DNA of 64,000 bases from Iphione sp. A-MEVVRFRX5. Taxonomy: Eukaryota. The stretch covers positions 28,520,001-28,584,000 of the forward strand of contig OZ320316.1 of assembly GCA_976226885.1 (NCBI GenBank), written 5' to 3'. Numbering within the stretch: the stretch's first letter is position 1; each line of letters begins with the position of its first letter. Made by a program: the position numbers and the translations under genes. This document shows, piece after piece, positions 13,101 to 26,852 of the stretch. The notes beneath the pieces are model-generated. The model had not been told where the DNA came from, ran no database searches, and was given only the letters and a program-made list of their open reading frames with translations.

Positions 13101-15372
13101 AGTTTCAACCATAATGGTCTCATCATGCACTATGTGGGTTATATTTTGTGTGTGTCCCAGAACAAGTGTAGTGGGACTGGTTTGTTGTGGCCACTGCCAA
13201 TTGTAGTGTAAATGGGGGGATGAAGAGCAGAGACAATTTGTGATGGCTCCATTGTAGACAATCTATTTGTGTCTTGAACTTATCCTGGTCTCTTCACGGA
13301 CCAATAAATGCATGTATGTATCCAAGTCTCATGGTAAACTTCCTGGCTTACCCACTGAAAAGGTGTAACCCCTCCAGAAGATGGGCTTAGTGGGAAGCCA
13401 GAGGAACCCCACCTGTGGAACACTATAAGGGTCAAATATATCCCAATCCTTTGATAAAATATATGACAATTGGGGAGAGGTGTGTATTTTTGAGGCAACC
13501 ATGGCTATAGACTAAAGCCCCCTTCCAATTTCCTGGGATCTTTAAATGATGAAATTATTATTGATTGTACTTCAAAATATGTTTATAGCGAAATCATCGA
13601 GGAGGCGTCCCACATCTTTCCAATCATGGGTATCTACATGCTGTTTGATAGCGTCGCGGTAAGCATCTATATCTTCTTCCTTTCACAAAACCACGCAGGA
13701 TTTAAGAAAGGAGTACCAAAAAGGCCTAAAGGCAACATTCCGTGTTATGGGCACCGCTTGTATTAGATTACTTTGTCTCTTTAATGTTGAAGAGATCATT
13801 CCTCAATTCATAAAATTACTTTAGGGAACCTGTGCCGGGATATTCCGTGGATGTGGAAATCAGACGCTGGGCGCTGCTATTGTCTGCTTCGGTTACTCTG
13901 TGGCCCTGTCTATCGGAGTGCCTGTCATGTTCATGACTCCAGCGCGGCTCCTGGGTAAGTACCATATGTATATATGTGCCTGTATATGCATACGTATCCT
14001 AACGCAACACAAGATAGACAAGAGAATAATTTTTCAGGTATTTTTCTATCTAGCTCTAATAAGTCATCATAAAAGCAAAGTACCATCCACCTATACCTTT
14101 CATAACTACAGACTCCATACTCCAGAAAATAGTTGTTCTCTCTTCTTGCTCGAGCTCGGATAAATACCGTGGAAAGCTTCATTGGATCTTCATTCCTGTG
14201 TCTATATAATGGCTAGAAAACAAAGGTCTATAGTTCCAGTCACCATTTCAGTGGCAAATAACCCATATGGTTTTTTTTTGATAGGATTATGGGCTAGCTT
14301 TTCCCTGGCTCTGATGCTGGAATCTGCTATCTTCTTCGTGCTTGTCATGAGAACAGACTGGGACAAACAAGCAAAACAGGTGAATTATTACATTGCAGTG
14401 TGATTCATTTAAGGGATGGTTGACTGTAAGCCTTGAGCAAGCATAAAAGGCAGTACACTGTTCTACTTGCTGGATGGTGTTTGCACAACAATGTCTTTTA
14501 ATGAGGACATTATGTTGTCATGCTGACCGATGCACATACATTTGTAAATGAAGTACATGTACTTACAAGTTGACACAGGGGTTGGATTCGGCGAAAGAGA
14601 CAGAGTATATATATATAGAACAAACCATTGCAGCAGAATACATGTGGCAAAGTAGTGAACGAAACGCACTAAAGCTACATTTAAATCTATACAATGCAGA
14701 ATATCTAGTGAATGCGAGGAGGTTTCATGGGTTGGGTAGTTGTCTCTTCCTCAATTCCTTGCCTTTTGTGTTCCCTTCTATGTGCAAATCTCTCTTCCCT
14801 CCCTCTTTTTCTCACCGTCTTTCTTACCACATCTCTTGCCAACCTTTTCGGGTGTCTGGTTATTCCTCTAAAACATTTCACCAACCATACTATGAGGATA
14901 TTGATGCACATCCACTTCTGGTTTGCAGGCTTATGAACGTATTGGTTTGGACGACAGAATCGCACAAGAAAATGCGGAGAAACGTGGTACGTGTTTCCGT
15001 ACCTTTCATGAAATTACCGATCTCATTAAAACAGCAAAATTGCCTTTATACTTCGTCTTCCTTTCGCTGTCTATTACAGCACTCCTTTCGTCGACTGCCG
15101 GATTGGATAAGACGCAAGAGGGCACTGCCACTGTGTTTGTTGAGGATTACGGCGACAAAATTCCCGTCAAGGTGGTCGTCCGACGCCGCCTGGTGGCTTT
15201 CGCCATCATGATGGCTATCCTCATCTTCGGTATAATTCTACGAGTGAAAGTGATCCACATAGATTATGAAAATCAGATCGATATCTGGTCTTCCCCTACA
15301 CCTCCGTATAACACGACACAGTCTTATATTGTTACCGAATTGACGACTGTCCTCAAGGCCACGACATTATAG
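6462..15372 (+). CDS. SLC47A1: MATE-family multidrug and toxin extrusion transporter (SLC47A-like), 17 coding exons, 632 aa
   Basis: Exons 6462-6650, 7017-7118, 7473-7541, 7829-7877, 8280-8379, 8610-8652, 8769-8813, 9050-9147, 9386-9483, 9767-9880, 10558-10625, 11043-11151, 12253-12328, 13589-13658, 13825-13954, 14285-14379, 14929-15372. All are GT-AG and phase-compatible, summing to 1899 nt. Motifs FCGHLGKLELDSVALA, GLSSACDTLFSQ, CVEWWAFEFG, LGTVELGAQS, RVGQFLGSGD, GIFRGCGNQ, RRRL+TM13. AATAAA at 15381. The symbol indicates family only. Confidence 0.95.
7301..7334. repeat. (AG)n microsatellite in MATE intron
   Basis: Direct reading. Confidence 0.9.
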
Positions 15373-16489
15373 ACAACCAGAATAAAAGGGGAATTTTTTA
15401 AATAATTACATACTACCATAAACGGGTGTTTTTTTTTGGTAAAAGGGGAATCCACCTCGTTCCTGTATAAGAACTGTCGATTGAATTCAAGGTGGGCTTA
15501 GCTAATTTGTAATTGAGGTTCCATGGAAGACTTTGCTTCAGAGAGAATGTAGCACTGCTTTATACCTATATTTTTACATATATGACAAACAGTGGGAGGT
15601 ATAATTGATAATACCGATCCATACAATACATACTATACTTTAAATTTGAATTCTTGTTGATACATGTCAATGGTTCTTCGTTAATTAAGAAAGAATAGAC
15701 CTACCGGGGGAATTGCACCCAAAGTCTAAAAGTCGCACAGTGTTAGATAAACATATCAGTCGTTCCGTCTATGATTGTTGTTAATACCAAAAGAATCTGT
15801 GGCAATCAAATACCTCACATCTTTACCCACATTGCAGTCTGGTCTAAGTACAGTGTCACATACAGATGTACACAGACAGACACATACAATTAATAGCACC
15901 TCTCACCTGCAACATTCCTCTCAAAAACTCCCATGATATCCAAATACATCCAGTTGTTGCAGCAGTTGATTTACAAACGGGCAAATGGCCTCGTAAAGAT
16001 CTCGTAACGGAACCTCCAATCAGCATAGCTCACATCCGTAAATTAATTTGGGAAATAGAACCAGATATGGGAGGGTTTGTTAAGTAATCTAGGTCGTCAA
16101 AGGCGTTATGTGTGAACTTGTATAGATCTGTGGTGGAGTTTATCCAGCAAAGATGTCAAAATATACGCTGCTCTTTACTTGCTTTCTGCAGGCTGGTGCA
16201 TGAACACATTTTACATAGTGACAGTGGTTTAGGGTCAGTTTCCTTACACACATTGCCATCTGTGTGCGTTGCCATCCATTTCCACTCCATTGTCATCTGT
16301 TTTTATCAATCCTGTTGATTGTAATGAAGGGTGTCAAATGCATCTGTGTGCATTGGTATCAACTGGTATCCGTTTGGTATCCGTTTGGTATTCATTGACC
16401 AATAACAGTCCCGGACCGATAATTTACCACAAACAGATACCAACACACTGGTATTCAACATGATTTATGTTCATGTCTGCACATGTCTG

Positions 16490-16700
16490 TATATGTCAGT
16501 CCTTTTTCATCATTTTTCTTGTCATTTTCTTCATAAAATTTGCCATTTTCAGTACTTTCTTGATGATATTTAGTGTTTTTCGGTACTTTCTTCATAAAAT
16601 TTGCCGTTTTTGGTACTTCCTCCCTGGAATTTGTCATTTTTCTGCATGCAATTTGCTAAAATCTCTATGAAATAGCCGTTTTTGATACTTCCTCTCTGAA
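16490..16700. repeat. Degenerate minisatellite, about 30-35 bp period
   Basis: Recurrent TTTT(C/T)GGTACTT(T)C..ATAAAATTTGCC units. Confidence 0.6.
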
Positions 16701-17016
16701 ACATAAAACACACTCAATAGACACCCCTCTCTGTGACACCCCTCTAAGATAAAATGCATGTAAAATGCATGGTAACACACATGGAAGACAAACACATGGA
16801 AACACATGGAAATGCAGGTAAGGAAACCGGCCCTTAGTTTTTAGTCCTCCTTTTCTTCAGTCCGCATTTTTCAGAAAGGGAGGGCTAGTTACCGAAGTTC
16901 CCTAAGCTGAAGAATTGCCTGATTTTAACTTACAATTGATACTGGGACATCTAGACCATTGCAAGATATCCTAGGTTGTTTAAGTCTATGGCTGAAACAA
17001 TACAAAATTTCAAGAA

Positions 17017-17362
17017 GGCATAATAAAAAAAGTTCTGTGTTTCTGGTAACCCAACCAACCCTGATTTTGCTCCTAATGGAACTTTTTATTTTGCTCTTGT
17101 TTTGTAAACATCTCTGGAGTGAATAATGACAGAAACATCTACTATACACCAAAGTGTTCCTTAGAACACTGGCATTCATTTGATATAGTATATAGTTTAG
17201 CTTCATAAAGATCCAAGCAGAGGAAGTGACATACCATAAGTGTTTATCTTTAGGATGCTTTAACATTGAAAAAAGGGAAAGAATGAAAAAAAAACACCTA
17301 CCGACCAACCGACCCTCTTTATTTTTAGCACGTTATTGAAAACAGAGATTTTTTTAGGTCTA
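17017..17362. mobile_element. Non-autonomous DNA transposon (MITE) related to the 55733-58319 element
   Basis: Left end GGC..AAAAAAAGTTCTGTGTTTCTGGTAACCC; degenerate inverted right end ..GAAAACAGAGATTTTTTTAGGTC. Shares the GTGTTTCTGG(T)TAACC motif with the 58262-58319 terminus. Confidence 0.4.
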
Positions 17363-19893
17363 ATGACAAAACCTGTACATTTTCATTCTAACTGTTGAAT
17401 AAACACTGTATTGATATCCCGTTTTCGATAGGGGTAAATGTACATAAATACATCAAAAGTCCGATTTGTTTCAAGTAAACATAAGCTTAACTCGACTTTC
17501 ACAGTTATTCCCATAAGATAACCATGACTCAACACGGGCAGAGGCCTTGTTAAAGAAAGTTTTCCTGAAACATCAGTCTTTGCTTAATTCTGTATTTCTT
17601 GGTCTCTAACGGGATTGCGCAGGGCTTTAGGTTTTTGGAGTTAGTAGATGTACCTGGGCTTTCATTATTCAAGACCCATCATGTTATGGAGATGGATTCG
17701 GGACTTATTTTTTTGTAGGACATGCATAAGAATTCTTAATTTACTAGCAACATCATTTGGGGGATAGACAGAATTCCTTTCTCCGGGTCATTCTAATTAC
17801 CATTATATTGTGTTATTACCTTCTAAAACATTGCTCAGTGAAACCTATTCTTGATTGCCCACAGCCTGCAAATTTAGTTCTCTAATGGGCATAGAGAAAA
17901 GAACGGTTTTGTTATAGTTAGTTAAATTGCTCCGTTAGACATGGGGAGCTATGTTCTACTGTGATATGTGATATTCCTCTTTTCCTTAAATCTAACATGT
18001 TCATTTATTGTCATGTGAAATTTTACCATCGGAATAAAATCTTCGCTATCATCATTCACGTGTTCCTATTTTCGTATTGAATGAAATCAGTAAAATGTTT
18101 ACAGGTCATAAACAAGGCAAGCAACAAGCAAGGAATCGGAGATTCAGTAGGAAAGGATGCAGACATGATATATACATGGTTGTGCTTTTCCCATATCTTC
18201 AGGGTTAACTTCAAAACACTGCTGTCTGCTGTACATTAAGGTCTCTAGTGTAGCTATACTGATATAGTGAAATAATATAACCTGGGTCCGAACAACCCAC
18301 ATACATGGAAATGGTGGCTTAGTCACTGAAAGGTTGTAAGGTCCCTCAGTGAATGCAAAGCTGCATAGCTTACTAAGTCACACCGGCTGATCATAACTGC
18401 GCATGCCCATTTTTTTATTCGTAATGAATATGATATGAACATTCTTATCATCATTCATATAACAACGAAGCGAATATAGTGGGTATTATTGTAGGTGCAC
18501 AATGGTTAAAACCAGCATTTCAGTACACCTTGTCAACGAAAAGCTGCAGTATGCCATGTCTCAAACTATTTCTTTCTTATTTCTTCGTAAATATACGCAG
18601 TGATGGGTGTAGATGAAAGAAGATATCCATGTTTGTCATGAAATTAGAGATGGTGATTTAGCTCAGTTGCTGAGAGCAATCACCGATACTAGTATTGGCC
18701 TGTCGATGCTAGATCATGCACTTATAACATGGGCTTCAAACTATATTGATTAGAAAGTTAACAGATTTGTCAATGACATGTTAAAAGGTTGTGGGTGTAA
18801 AGTTTGTTAGAAGTGTTAGATATACCACATAAACATAATGAAATAACAGCAAAAATTAACTCTGGGTGTCCTGTTCTATCGGTTCTCAGTAATAGGGTTT
18901 GCATTCCCAGCACTCTACAGACAATCGGATAAATTAGAACCGAATATCAATAAAGATTCTTCCTAAAGATATGAAAAAAGAGAAGAAATTATATCCCCCG
19001 AAAGAATGTGCGTGTTATGGGATTGTATTAATTTTTCTTGAAGAACAGACTATGGATAGATAAAGAATTCATGCAGTCCACCCAACTGAGTGATTCCCCA
19101 TCATTACAAGACCCAAGGAGAGCTTCTTATGAAGGAGACACAGAGCTGCACAGAGTTTGGTAGCACTTTGGATGGAGACTACCCATACCCTGTTACTTGT
19201 CTTTTGAAAAAAAGGAGTGGTGCATACTTAGATCAAATCTAATCAGCCACAACTTTTATTGGGTGGGGGTTGGGGGTGGGGGGGTTGCAGTCGTCAAAGG
19301 TGCTTGTGCTATAGAAAATACATATATACATACATTATATTTTGTGCAAAATCAAGTTGTTTAATGCATTACACCTATAACCGAACCATAGACTGTTATT
19401 ATAATCAGTATACAAAATGAAGTTACATAGAAAGACAGGTGATACGGTGTGTCTTGAAGATGGCGTCTGATTATAAATGATGGCGGGTAAGACAAAAAGA
19501 CCATGAGTGGATATCTGAAAAACTACATTTGGTATCAGGATAGGCTGAATGCATACCATCATCTGAGCCAATTGCACCCTTCTAAATAAAGACAATACTC
19601 CAAAACCGAACACTCCAAAACCGAAATATCCCAAATCTGAACATATTTGGCTGGTGTGAAATTGTGAAAGTGTACCCACTCTACTACACCACCATCGGTG
19701 TGATGTTGTCGAGAGGTGAGGATTTCACTTTCCTCGGGGATCGTTTGGGGCGGGCAAAGATGAATGAAGCACCTCTTATCTCGGGGTGTCCTCGAGTCCG
19801 CGATAATCTTCTTCGTCTGCTGCCCGTGCTGATTCCAGTCTCGGGCCTTCAATCCGATGATTCCTTTCTTCGATAGGGACTAATAAAGCTTCA

Positions 19894-20635
19894 TGACAGG
19901 TCACATGTCCCGTGTTGCTTTATTCTAAGTGTTGAAGGAGTTCTAAGTCGGTCTCTTCGAGTGGGGTGATATGCTGGTGGAAACGAGGAACACTAAAACC
20001 GAGTGTGAGTTTTAAAGAGGGCTTTATTCCGAGTACATCAGAGGGATGATACTCTCCTCCCTTGACAGCAGCTTATGGATGGCAGATCAGTGGCAGAGCT
20101 GAGCTTACATGTTGGGGAGAATTGCGGGCTTGTGAGGCAGACCAGAGCCTGTGGATTCGAACATCTGGACGGAGAGCTAGAGTCCTTCTGGAGGGTCCTT
20201 CCTGGTGATTGGGTACTTGATGAGGATTGTAGGGTGGACGACTCCTCCAGCAGGGCTCTGGTCTGGTCTCAGCCGCTTCTAGGTTTGGGTAAGATCTATC
20301 TCTTTATGTATACCTGTATCTCTAACCTTTTCAAGGTCTAGGATCTCTGATCTCTTTGTCTGTCTATAGGGGATGTGGAGCCCTTTCTTATATACGAACT
20401 CTGTCCCAAGTCCCTACTTCCCATTGGCTGAAAAGGGAGTATTCCGATTGGAGGATTGGGGGAGGGGACTCTTCCCATTGGCTCACATAAGTAAACACCG
20501 CACGGCAGGTCCCAAAAGATCAAAAGGATTCCAGGAAAAGACAAATGAGGGCCCTGGAGATTGCACAATCTTCTGACGAAGATTGATGAGAACCATAAAC
20601 GTCAGTTTAAGCTAAAAGGGGACCCAAAACTGTCA
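19894..20635 (-). mobile_element. Putative solo-LTR-like insertion within a GC-richer decayed repeat (about 19650-21140)
   Basis: TGACAG..CTGTCA inverted termini; on the minus strand TATATAAG (20387-20394) followed by AATAAA signals. No clean TSD for TG..CA ends. Confidence 0.3.
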
Positions 20636-21859
20636 TGATGGTCATAACGCTTGCTTTATGGGCAGGGAAGCTAACTAGATGGATGGTGAGAAGGGGCCCA
20701 GCCCCTTTGAGGGGGCCGACGTCCGAGCCTAGCTCATTCGGGGAGGAATTCGGACCGGAGTTACACAGGTGGGAATTTGGCATGTATGCCTTGAAACCTA
20801 TAAACAGAGCCATAAAAAGGGGAGAAGTATTCCTCACCTGTCGGATCCCTCTCAGATTGAGTCATGGCAAGGTGTGAGTTCTCTTTGATCTAGCAACTGC
20901 TTTTCAGGTGGGCTTGCGAAAGAAGGGAATTGCTCACTCCTGCCTGGATTGCTTCGAATTGCGTCATGAAATGTTGGAAACTTGCTGACTATGCATTTGA
21001 GAGGAACGTTAATGTTCCTGAGATAGGGAAAGGCAGGATGGGTATACTGGGTATGCCGAGTTAGCCCGGAGGGCTTGGGCTTGGCTGATCCAGTTTTCAC
21101 GATGGAGTCGATTTTTAAGGGAGTCGTTGATCTAACACCGGCACCAATTGTTTTTCACTGCTAAAATACTCATACAACCGAACATTTCTATCCAAAAGCT
21201 GAGCACCTTTCGGATAAATTTGGCTGTTTCTCTGATTTTCAGATGAATATGGCTGAGCTTCACTGATTTTCAGATCAATTTGCCTGAAATATTGCAGCCA
21301 AACGTCTGGTCAAATCTTGGACTATGAAGATTATGTTGAAAAGAGGCCTTAGGCCACAATTTGAAATCCAAATTATCTGAAATCCGAATGAAATCGCCTG
21401 AAACTGGGATCGTTTGGTTTTTGAGTATTGACTGAGTTATGAGGCAAACCATTTGAGGGTAATTAGCTGGTAACCATATTTTGATAATTTTGCAATACCG
21501 TCAACTTGTGCTAAATGTCTTAGGGCACAGAATAACTGCTCAAGGACTAGCACCATGCCAAGAAAGAGAGTGATACATAATTATAGTCACCAAGGACTGT
21601 CAAGAAGGTAAGATCATTTATTGGCATGACTAGCTATTATTGCAGATATGGGCCAAACTTCTCAAAACTGCTTAGTGATTTCCCGTGGAAGAGCAATGAG
21701 GTTTTCATGGAAACTGGTATGTCAGGAAGCTAACACCAAATTGGGCCTTTCTAGATCTAAGTCGATCTTTCATCATTTATGGAAGGGCACGGAGCTACGT
21801 CACACCCCTGGGCAGTCAAGCAGAACTGCTGAAAAATACAACCACTGTAGGCTCTGTCT

Positions 21860-22770
21860 ACTGCCTATAGATATGTGTATAGCTGTGTGTAATAGATGTA
21901 TATATGGATATATGTAGATGTATTGTCTGTAGATGTGTGTGTAGTTGTGTGTATAGATGTATGTATGGTTGTGTATAGGTCTATGTGTCTTTGTACTGTC
22001 AATAGATATGTGCAAAGTTGTATTATAGATGTGTGTACAGATGTGTATAGGTATATGCATCTTTGTATTGTTTATAGATATATGTGTAATGGTGTGTTTA
22101 GGTGTGTGTATGGCCATGTATACATTTATGTGTCTTTGTATTGTCAATAGATATGTTTGTAGTTGTGTGTATAAATGTATGTACAGATGTATATAGGTAT
22201 ATGCACCGTTGTAATAGCTATAGATATGTATGCAGTGGGGTGTATAGATGTGTATGTGGATGTGTGTAGGTTTGTGTCTTTATGCTGGCTATAGATTTGT
22301 GTGTAGTTGTGTGTATAGATTTGTGCATAGACAGGTGTATGAATGTGTGTAGGTATATGCACCTTTGTATTAGATATAGACATGTTTTGAGTTGTGTGTA
22401 TAGATGTGTGTCTGGATGTGTATGGGTGTATGTGCCTGTGTATTATCTATAGATATGTGTGTAGTTGTGTGTATAGATATGTGTATAGATGTGTATGGGT
22501 GTATGTGCCTGTGTAATCTCTATAGATATGTGTGTATAGATGTCTGGATGTGTGTAGGTGTATGTGTCTTGGTGTTTGTATGAATTTATATACATGTATG
22601 CATCTATATGTGAGTTTGTGGTTGTATGTATGTGTATACCAGTGTGAGCATATAGAGATCAGTGTATATTCATATACATGTAGTATGTTGGTGTCTGTAT
22701 GAATCTGGGTGTCTGTATGTACAGGCATATTCAGGCATATAGGTGAAGGTGTAGTGTGTGTGTGTGCGGC
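21860..22770. repeat. TG/TA-rich degenerate minisatellite
   Basis: Repeated TATAGATGTGTGT(A)GTTGTGTG-like units; source of several spurious V/Y/C- and T/H/I-rich ORFs. Confidence 0.85.
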
Positions 22771-22789
22771 TGTCCACACTCCTCCATAC

Positions 22790-25700
22790 AGATCCATTAG
22801 ATGTTTCCGTGGGTACAATGTTAGTAATAAACGTGAAAGAGGACCATAAGCAGTCTATTACACACCTACTCAAATACGATGCCTGATTACTGGAAGAGAG
22901 GCAAACGACATCATACATGCCATACAAAATTTCACCACCATACTTTTGGGGCACTGAGTTCATCATTGGAACAGACAAAAAACCTCAAAATTTATTCAGT
23001 CCTGAAAAACGGAATGTGATGGTGCAGTAAGTCTAAGAAACTTAGTAAACAAACTGTAAAATAGATTACATCAGTCGCCCCAAGAAATACTACACAGGTT
23101 CTCTTAACTGTATCCCCACAGCAACTGAAAGAGTTTGTGTTATAAATATCAACCGTGTGAAGGTGCAAGAACATATAAAATCTACTGGAAAAGATCATAT
23201 GACCAAACTTCACTGATAGATTTCCCTCCGTAGGTGCATATAAGACACTGAACATAGAAATGCAGTAATATAACGACAGTCGGCTGGGGAAATAACGAAT
23301 TGAAATGACACAAGTAAACGGAAAGCTATACTACATTAGTGAGGAACCAAGCATTGGGTTGAATTTATTTGTACCACCTCAGCTGAAAGAAGTTGTTCTT
23401 AAGGAGTGCCATAACCACCTAGGATACATGAGTATGGTACAAGACTTGTGATCAAGTCAGAAAGAAATACCACTGGCATTTATATGGATGTTGTACAGAA
23501 TGTTTCATATTGCATACCTTGTAATGCATGCAATCCTATAGAAGAAACTCATCCCCTACAGCAAACGAATCAAGTCCAGGTTCCTCTCCAGAAGATAGTG
23601 ATGGACACTTGGGGCCCATACCCAAGATCTCATCAAGGAAATAAATATCTTATAGTTTTTGTGGATATATATTTAAGACAGAGTTTGTGAGTGATATTGT
23701 AGTCCAGATCTGTGAAACGATGAATATTTAGAGTATATACAAGCCCTTACCATCCCCAGTAAAATGGAAAGCAAATGACTGACCCAACATTTTAGGAACT
23801 TATGGTACCCTCAGCCCTCCTTCCTACTAAAAAGTGTAATTATAAGACAAACCAATATTCTGCCTTATACTTTGTGTGAGTTAGAGAACCTCTGCTCCCT
23901 CCCCTTAGACATGTAGTTTTGTCCAAGACCATGCTTAACGGGTAAGCACCACCATAAAAATGTATTTGAGTGTCACTGCAAAGCAATGGTTACTGTTAAA
24001 TATCATCAGTTCAATGCAAGAGTATGCAGAAAACGATACCATGATAGAGAAGCCAAGGACGCAGTTCCTCAAGTAGGGGACCATGTGTATCTTTTCAAAT
24101 ATAATCACACAAGTAAATTAGACCTTGGATGGGAACCTTAATACAGATTGACAGAAAGAGTGCCTCATGTAAGCAAGCGATGTTGAAGCCAGTATAAGTA
24201 GTGACAGCAACAAACAAAGTAGTATGAAAGATCTTACTGATATGCAGAAACTGCAAAAGTTATTGGACTCAAAGTCCCTTTTTATAGACTATCTTCCCTT
24301 GAGAGGGCTTATGGATTCCTTGTCTGGTAGACCAGTAAGCCAAGGAGATGTCAAGCAACTAATACAGGGACAGTCTGCTGAAGCACGGACTACAGTAGCT
24401 CAACCAATAACAGATGTAGAACAGTCCAGACCGGCAGATAGAGAAATTGGTTGGCATAGCTAGTAGCAGGTCGGGAGGCTAATCGACAAGGTCAACACAA
24501 AAGGTCAAAAAGTTGTTATTACTTTAGCAGCTGGGATATTCAGTGGGATTGCCTACACTGAGGCAAAAGCCTTAGCAAGAGAGGTTATAGATCTAGAAAG
24601 GAGACAACAGATAATGTTTTGTCCTTACAAAGAGTTAATCCTTGATCAAAGATTGAAATGGAGATCCAGGAAAATACATTAGTAGAAGTGTGGCAGAGAA
24701 GCTATGAACCTCTAATACATACCATTATTCCTCTGCAAAGTTTTGCGATGATTGAAACCCAAGTTCAGGCTAACTAATATATTGTTAGGGATTTGATAGT
24801 AGTGAAGCTGCTCGTGTTGCTGACTTGCATTCTAAGGTTATAGAGAGGTTAAAGATCTAGAAAGGAGACAACAGATAATGTTTTGTCCTTACAAAGAGTT
24901 AATCCTTGATCAAAGACTGAAATGGAGATCCAGGAAAATACATTAGTAGAAGTGTGGCAGAGAAGCTATGAACCTCTAATACATACCATTATTCCTCTGC
25001 AAAGGTTTGCAATTATTGAAACCCAAGTTCAGGCTAACTAATATATTGTTAGGGATTTAATAGTAGTGAAGCTGCTCGTGTTGCTGACTTGCATTCTAAG
25101 GTGTTTGAGCTGTCTAAAAAGAAACTCTTATCAAATTTGGTGCCTACCCCTGAATATGTATAGGTCTTAAAAGCTATTGAAGTTGAGCTATCACCCCAGC
25201 TGATGTTACCCCAGAACCTAAGACACAATTTTAAAGCCAAACACAATGGCTTGGAGTAATCAAGTAGTCACTACTTTGAAGATTCCTTTACTTGATGTAG
25301 TGTGACAGTTTAGGGTAAAAGAAGTTACAGATATATAAGTACTATTTGAAACTTCAAATGGGACTGCCATGAATTGAGTTTTGAAACCTTTCTCTCAGTG
25401 CATGTGGTAAACAGTACACTGTTTCAACTTGAGAGGACCAAATTAACGTGGAAAACTAGACAGCAAGTTTTGTACAATGTCCTCTACCATGTATGCGATA
25501 AACCATCAGAAATACTGTACATTACCACTGTATCAAGGAAACTGACCAAAGTGAAAGCATTGTTTAAAACAAAGGTAAACAACAAACTAAAATTACCACT
25601 TGTGAGCTATATCTCAAAAGGACAGTGACTGGTAGCCACTGCAAGTTTTATTTCAGAAAATTACGTGAAGGTATGGATATGGAGGAGCATATCATGGTCC

Positions 25701-26416
25701 AGTCCCCATTCAGTGTCAGAAACCTTGAATTTGATTGCCAAGCTTTTGCAGATAAACTAGAGTTACCAATCTATTTTGAAGACTGTTGTGAATATGAGGT
25801 TACACCTGAAACAATCACAACACCAATCACAAGAAACTCTCTGATCTACCCATTTGCCATGCAATGAATATAGATAATTTCAGTATCACATGAAACCTGG
25901 TAAGCTATCTCTTATTGAAGTCCAGCCTATTGATAATGTTATTTCCACATTAGATGTTGCATAGTCTAAGAACAGATTTCGACTTTCATAAGTGATACTG
26001 CTGCTCATACATTAAATGAAGATGATACTGTTTCTACCGTGTTTGAAATGCCTGTACCAGTTACTGATGTTCGAATTACACAATGTTAGTGAACCACTGA
26101 GAGGAACACAAGTTGCTGCAAGATCTACTGTCGGCACCAGCTAGCATGCAACACATTAATCTCTGAGGAAAATGGACATTTTCCTTGGGAACATCTAATG
26201 ATGCTAAACAAAAAGTGAAGGTTGGTAAGATGATAGCACTGATTAGTACCACAAGTGGAGTTAAGAAGAGACTTCGATGATGCAAAAAGAGACTTGAAGA
26301 ATGCAACTGTATTGTACACAAGGATAAACCAATGTATTCAACCACTTTTTCACATGGGCGCATGAAGTTTTGTATCCCGCAAGTATATAATTATAGTCTT
26401 TAACAAGAAGGTGAGA
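22790..26416 (+). pseudogene. Decayed Gypsy/Ty3 LTR retrotransposon internal region: RNase H remnant, integrase, env-like ORF
   Basis: RNase H-like HTDPLDVSVG; integrase zinc finger LKECHNHLG..CIPCNAC; core KIVMDTWGPYPRSHQGNKYLIVFVD; TSPYHPQ*NGK; GDHVYL..KLDLGWEP; many stops and frameshifts. PPT-like AACAAGAAGGTGAGA at 26402-26416. Confidence 0.75.
24578..25102 (+). repeat. Tandem duplication, about 264-bp unit x2, within the env-like region
   Basis: AGAGAGGTTA(T/A)AGATCTAGAAAGGAGACAACAG.. starts at 24578 and again at 24842, near-identical through TTGCATTCTAAGGT. Confidence 0.9.
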
Positions 26417-26516
26417 TCCGTGCCTTATAAGGATATATTCTACAAAATATCAACTTATGTATGCATATCTATTTTACTTGTTTTGAAAATGCCCTCGTGG
26501 GAGTGTTTCAGTTATA

Positions 26517-26692
26517 CAGTGAAATCTCTATTTCCGAACACCACTTGGGTCTGACCAAAACTGGTCGGATCAGTGATTTGGTCAGAAATAGAAGAAACAT
26601 AGTACAGAAATAAAGCCATTTGTTCCCATCATAAATGGTCAGAAATATGATTTGGTCGGAAATCGGTGTGGTTGGAAATAGAGTTTCCACAG
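26517..26692. mobile_element. Tc1/mariner-type MITE inserted in the Gypsy LTR
   Basis: TA flanks (26515-16, 26693-94). Left TIR CAGTGAAATCTCTATTTCCGAACAC versus reverse complement of right end CTGTGGAAACTCTATTTCCAACCAC. Confidence 0.7.
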
Positions 26693-26852
26693 TATTCTTT
26701 TGGTCTTTGGAAGAAATACTGAAATTCTTGATCAGGTGGAGGGCAGTGTAAAATAATGTATTATCTTAATATGTAATTGCTGCTATGCAGTTGTATTCTC
26801 TATATTTGTTTGTCATGTCATTTATCTTGATGAAATCCAGCCCGAAAGTACA

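Noticed and set aside
18652-18684. tRNA-like TAGCTCAGTTG..AGAGC A-box within a small hairpin
   Set aside because: No B-box, T-arm or cloverleaf; at most a SINE remnant.
21800-22818. Several 80-120 aa ORFs on both strands
   Set aside because: Artefacts of the TG/TA minisatellite.
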